Origin: Utricularia gibba
Taxonomy: Eukaryota; Plantae; Magnoliophyta
Length of the DNA: 64,000 nt
NCBI GenBank assembly: GCA_002189035.1
Contig: NEEC01000020.1
Location: 806,001 to 870,000 of the forward strand
Reading direction: 5' to 3'
Part shown: in pieces, positions 60,811 to 64,000 of the stretch
How the letters are laid out: each line of letters starts with the position of its first letter
Position numbering within the stretch: the first letter of the stretch is position 1
Position numbers and translations under genes: made by a program
Notes under the pieces: model-generated
What the model saw: only the letters and a program-made list of their open reading frames with translations
The model's database searches: none
Told to the model about the DNA's origin: nothing

Positions 60811-62779
60811 TACCTTACCCTCATCCATCCTCCCTGGGCATCAGATTCACCTCTGCTCCCCTGATTCTTTTGAGCCTCATCCAGTCTCTGTCCTTCAGTA
60901 TAGTGTGTGCTACTTCCTTCTTCTTTTACATTATCTTGCCGTGATTATTATGATGCTGTGCTGAAATGCTTGGTTTTACAGTACTATGAATATGATACAC
61001 TGCCGTATTGCATCATAATGCAACCAGAGCCATGTCCTCTTAGAGCAAAATGCAACCAGTATCCACTCCTCATAATGTAGGTTTGAGTTAGGAATAACGA
61101 ACGTGTTTGAAACAGAGTGTCAAATATGAGATATTGCAAGAGAAAGCATGGGTCTGCAATAATAAGTCCAAACCTACATTTAGAGAGCAAGCCCAAAACA
61201 AGACTAGCCTCATCATTAGACAACGGTAAACTACAACACTAAGGACGTAAGGTAGTAGTTTTTATTTGCAATTTATAAATTAAAGTAAAATTAAAAGCAA
61301 ATATTTTACAAAATACCTATAATTATTTTAAAACTTAACTTTTACTTTTATTTATTTTTAACTTATTTCAATTTTAATTATTTCATTTATTTATTACATA
61401 AGTTAAGAAATGTGATTTATTCAATAAATAAGTTGCTTAATTTCAAATAAACTGTGTCTACTTATTTTACATCTACTTGTACAAAAAATTTACTTATGAG
61501 TTAAGTAAACATTATTGATTAAAACGTACAAACTATACTCTAAAGATCTGCTTGGTACAATATCAACAAACAACTCTAAAAAAACTAATTTTAGAAGCAC
61601 TTTAATTTTTATTGGAATAGGAGTCCCTCAACTTTTCAAAGAATGAAATACTTTACTATGTCAACTCTATGTAGAGCAAAAATAGTACGCATTTTATCCA
61701 AAAATTATTTTTAAAAATACTTTTATTGAAGTTAAAAGTTATACTAAATAGACTCTAACAAACATCTGAACCTGCAACCAACAATCATGAGACATCTATC
61801 TATAAATGGTAGAAAGACATGTACATGTAACAATGTGAATGCGTTGTAGTTGGAATTACACATGCATTTTTCTATTTATGGGATGCGTCGATATGAACTA
61901 AGACATTTTTTTTTCATATTGGCTCGTTCAAGAACCATGAATTGTGTTTGAAATACTCAACACATTAAACAAGAAGGAAGGAAGAATAAGTAGTGGCATT
62001 TGGCATGAGAAGAAATCACATGTTGTGATTGATTATGAGCCATGTTCCTGACCAGCAAATGCTCCAATAAACTCTCCAAAGGTGCTAATCTGGTGCAAAT
62101 ACTTGTGCAGCAAGAGTGGATGTGGGAAATAGATCAAATAATAAATTAAAAAATTGGTTTGGAAAATATTTTAGGAAGCTTCAACTCTTTATCATGCCAA
62201 AGTTGCACTCGATGTTAATGAAAGAGCAAATGTGACAAGTTCAAAGTAATTTGGTAGCTTGGAATAAATTGATTAAGCAAACTAGAGTAGCAGATTAAAC
62301 ATCCATAATGGAATAAATTGGTTAACTTTATTTTTTGATTAAACATCAATAATCTTTTTAAATTTTAATTCTAGTTATATGTTATGTGTCAATTTTGTTT
62401 GAGTTTTAAGATTTTATATTGATTTTTACGTTTTGTTAATGTTTAGGTTGGAAAAAAAAGAAAACTCTTCACTTTTTTTTTTAAACAAAAAAGAAGTGAA
62501 GATGAGATTGAAGAAGTTTTTATTATAAAATTATTTCTAATCATACTTCAATTGCAATAGAAAATCAAGGTAGGATAATAAAGTCGTTTTCAACAATGTT
62601 GATTTAATGGTTTTCTTTGACTAGAGTATTTAAAAAATAAATAATAGGCATGTTTATTGGTTTCCTTGCTTCTTATTCAACAAGAGTGCACAAAAAGAGG
62701 ACGAACTCATGTTTTCACTATATGTATTTTCTTCAATTGGAAAAACATGAGTAATAATAGGAATTATTCTTTTTTGACT

Positions 62780-63190
62780 CATATAGATTCTGATTCATCA
62801 TCTTAGTACAATAAGATTGTAGATGATTGCCATGTTTTATTGAAACAATCTAGACACGGATTATATTATCAAAGTGCGCAATAAACAAGAAACTAAAGAC
62901 AATCGTTTATGTTTACAAGTTTCAGTGTCAGCAATTAGCTAGCTTGCATTTTAAGGATGTGACTTTCGTGATCATAATATTGAAAATGGAGATAATTTTA
63001 TTGATTTGATTGAACTTCTAGTAAGCTTCAATCCTGATATTGAAAATGTTGTGTTAGAGAAAACTTTACATAATATTAAATCCATATCACCTAACACTCA
63101 AAATCAAATTTTGGGTCTTTATGCAAGTACTATTTGAAAGAACATTTTTGAGAAGATTGAAGATTGAAAGTTTTCTATTAAAGCATCTTT
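62780..63190 (+). mobile_element. hAT transposase remnant (ZMYM1/DUF4371-like region)
   Basis: Broken frames give DNRL.LQVSVSAIS*LAF*GCDFRDH and NGDNFIDLIELLVSFNPDIENVVLE...KSISPNTQNQI, matching RWLAFQGxxFRGH and GNFxELxxLLxxxNxxIxxVVLxNAPxNAKYTSPxIQKEI. Confidence 0.75.
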
Positions 63191-64000
63191 AGTGATTTTC
63201 GAAAATGATGACATGGTTTCCTTTATTAAGTTTTCATGAGGAAATGGAATTTACTAAAAGTGATTTCCAAAATATAGAATTTACTCAAATTAATCATTTC
63301 CGTAAAAATAAAAGTGATTTCCGGAAAGCCATGTCAGCATTTCTGGAAATCACTAAAGATGCTTTTATTGTGTATGAAATTTGTAATATTTCTAAACAAG
63401 AACAAATAACATTGATAAACAAATTTTTTGATCACCCTCAACATTTAAAAAAACTGGCATGTTATTCTTATAGAACTCTTGTTGGAAATGAAATATTGAT
63501 ATGTACATCGTATTGGCGCAGCATGATTTCAAACACCATGATGTTATCGTATGCTACATATTTATCCACAAAACCCAAATTCCATCAGTAACCTTATACG
63601 AAAAAATAAATGTAGCATATTTATCATTTTTAGGAAGGTTTAGGAAATTTTGTAGCGACTCTCCACACATGATCAGGATAACAAAAGCAGTTGTATTTGG
63701 GGAGAGTTTGCGGCATTCTGGTTCTGAAATTCAAGTTCTAATGTTAGTGAAAACTAGACGCAGAATGTTCTGTTAAAACATGTACAAAACATTGTTTTCG
63801 TGTCTTGTTAGAGATTGGATGAATAGGAAGTGGGTAAAAATTATTTGTATCATTTATCTATGACTTTAAAAACTGTTCTTTTATAGATGAAATTACAACA
63901 GCCAGATTCACATTTCTCACGCTTCTAACACTTGTCGAACTTTAGTATCATAAAATAACAAAGACTATGTCTTGTCTTACGCCAATGCTACGCATGATTA

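Noticed and set aside
63313-63354. 15-bp inverted repeat AGTGATTTCCGGAAA / TTTCTGGAAATCACT
   Set aside because: It lies beside transposon debris and is most likely an internal repeat of a DNA element.
1-64000. CRISPR arrays, rRNA, tRNA, prokaryote-type operons or organellar insertions
   Set aside because: None seen. The window is spliced eukaryotic nuclear DNA with no repeat-spacer arrays and no recognisable rRNA, tRNA or plastid/mitochondrial segments.

Overview
Plant (eudicot-type) nuclear DNA, gene-dense, with AT-rich spacers; the species cannot be determined from the sequence. I reconstructed 14 protein-coding genes by hand: PBCP-type PP2C, WRKY33-like, EPFL6/CHALLAH-like, a PAP/OAS1-type nucleotidyltransferase, MAT1, C4H (CYP73A), a DUF1191 protein, RPL15, an nsLTP-like protein, a TLC-domain protein, GLYR1, an LTA4H-like M1 aminopeptidase, PRL1-interacting factor A-like and VAMP72. 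The window also holds a complete MIR319 hairpin, two pseudogenes (CIPK11-like and eIF2-beta), an intact TRIM, an older degenerate TRIM, hAT and Tourist-like MITEs, and Copia, Gypsy and hAT coding remnants. The two leading hypotheses are both unverified inferences. First, the 'PRL1-interacting factor A' protein has three collinear blocks resembling metazoan HEXIM, the 7SK-dependent P-TEFb inhibitor. Second, the LTRs of both TRIMs begin with a snRNA-type USE box placed 23-24 nt before a TATA-like box, the Pol III type-3 promoter geometry. Other points worth checking are a tandem duplication in the pri-MIR319 leader carrying small ORFs, two G5-homopolymer frameshifts in one gene (likely assembly errors), and a GC-AG intron. 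Arabidopsis locus IDs and reference motifs are quoted from memory and need checking.
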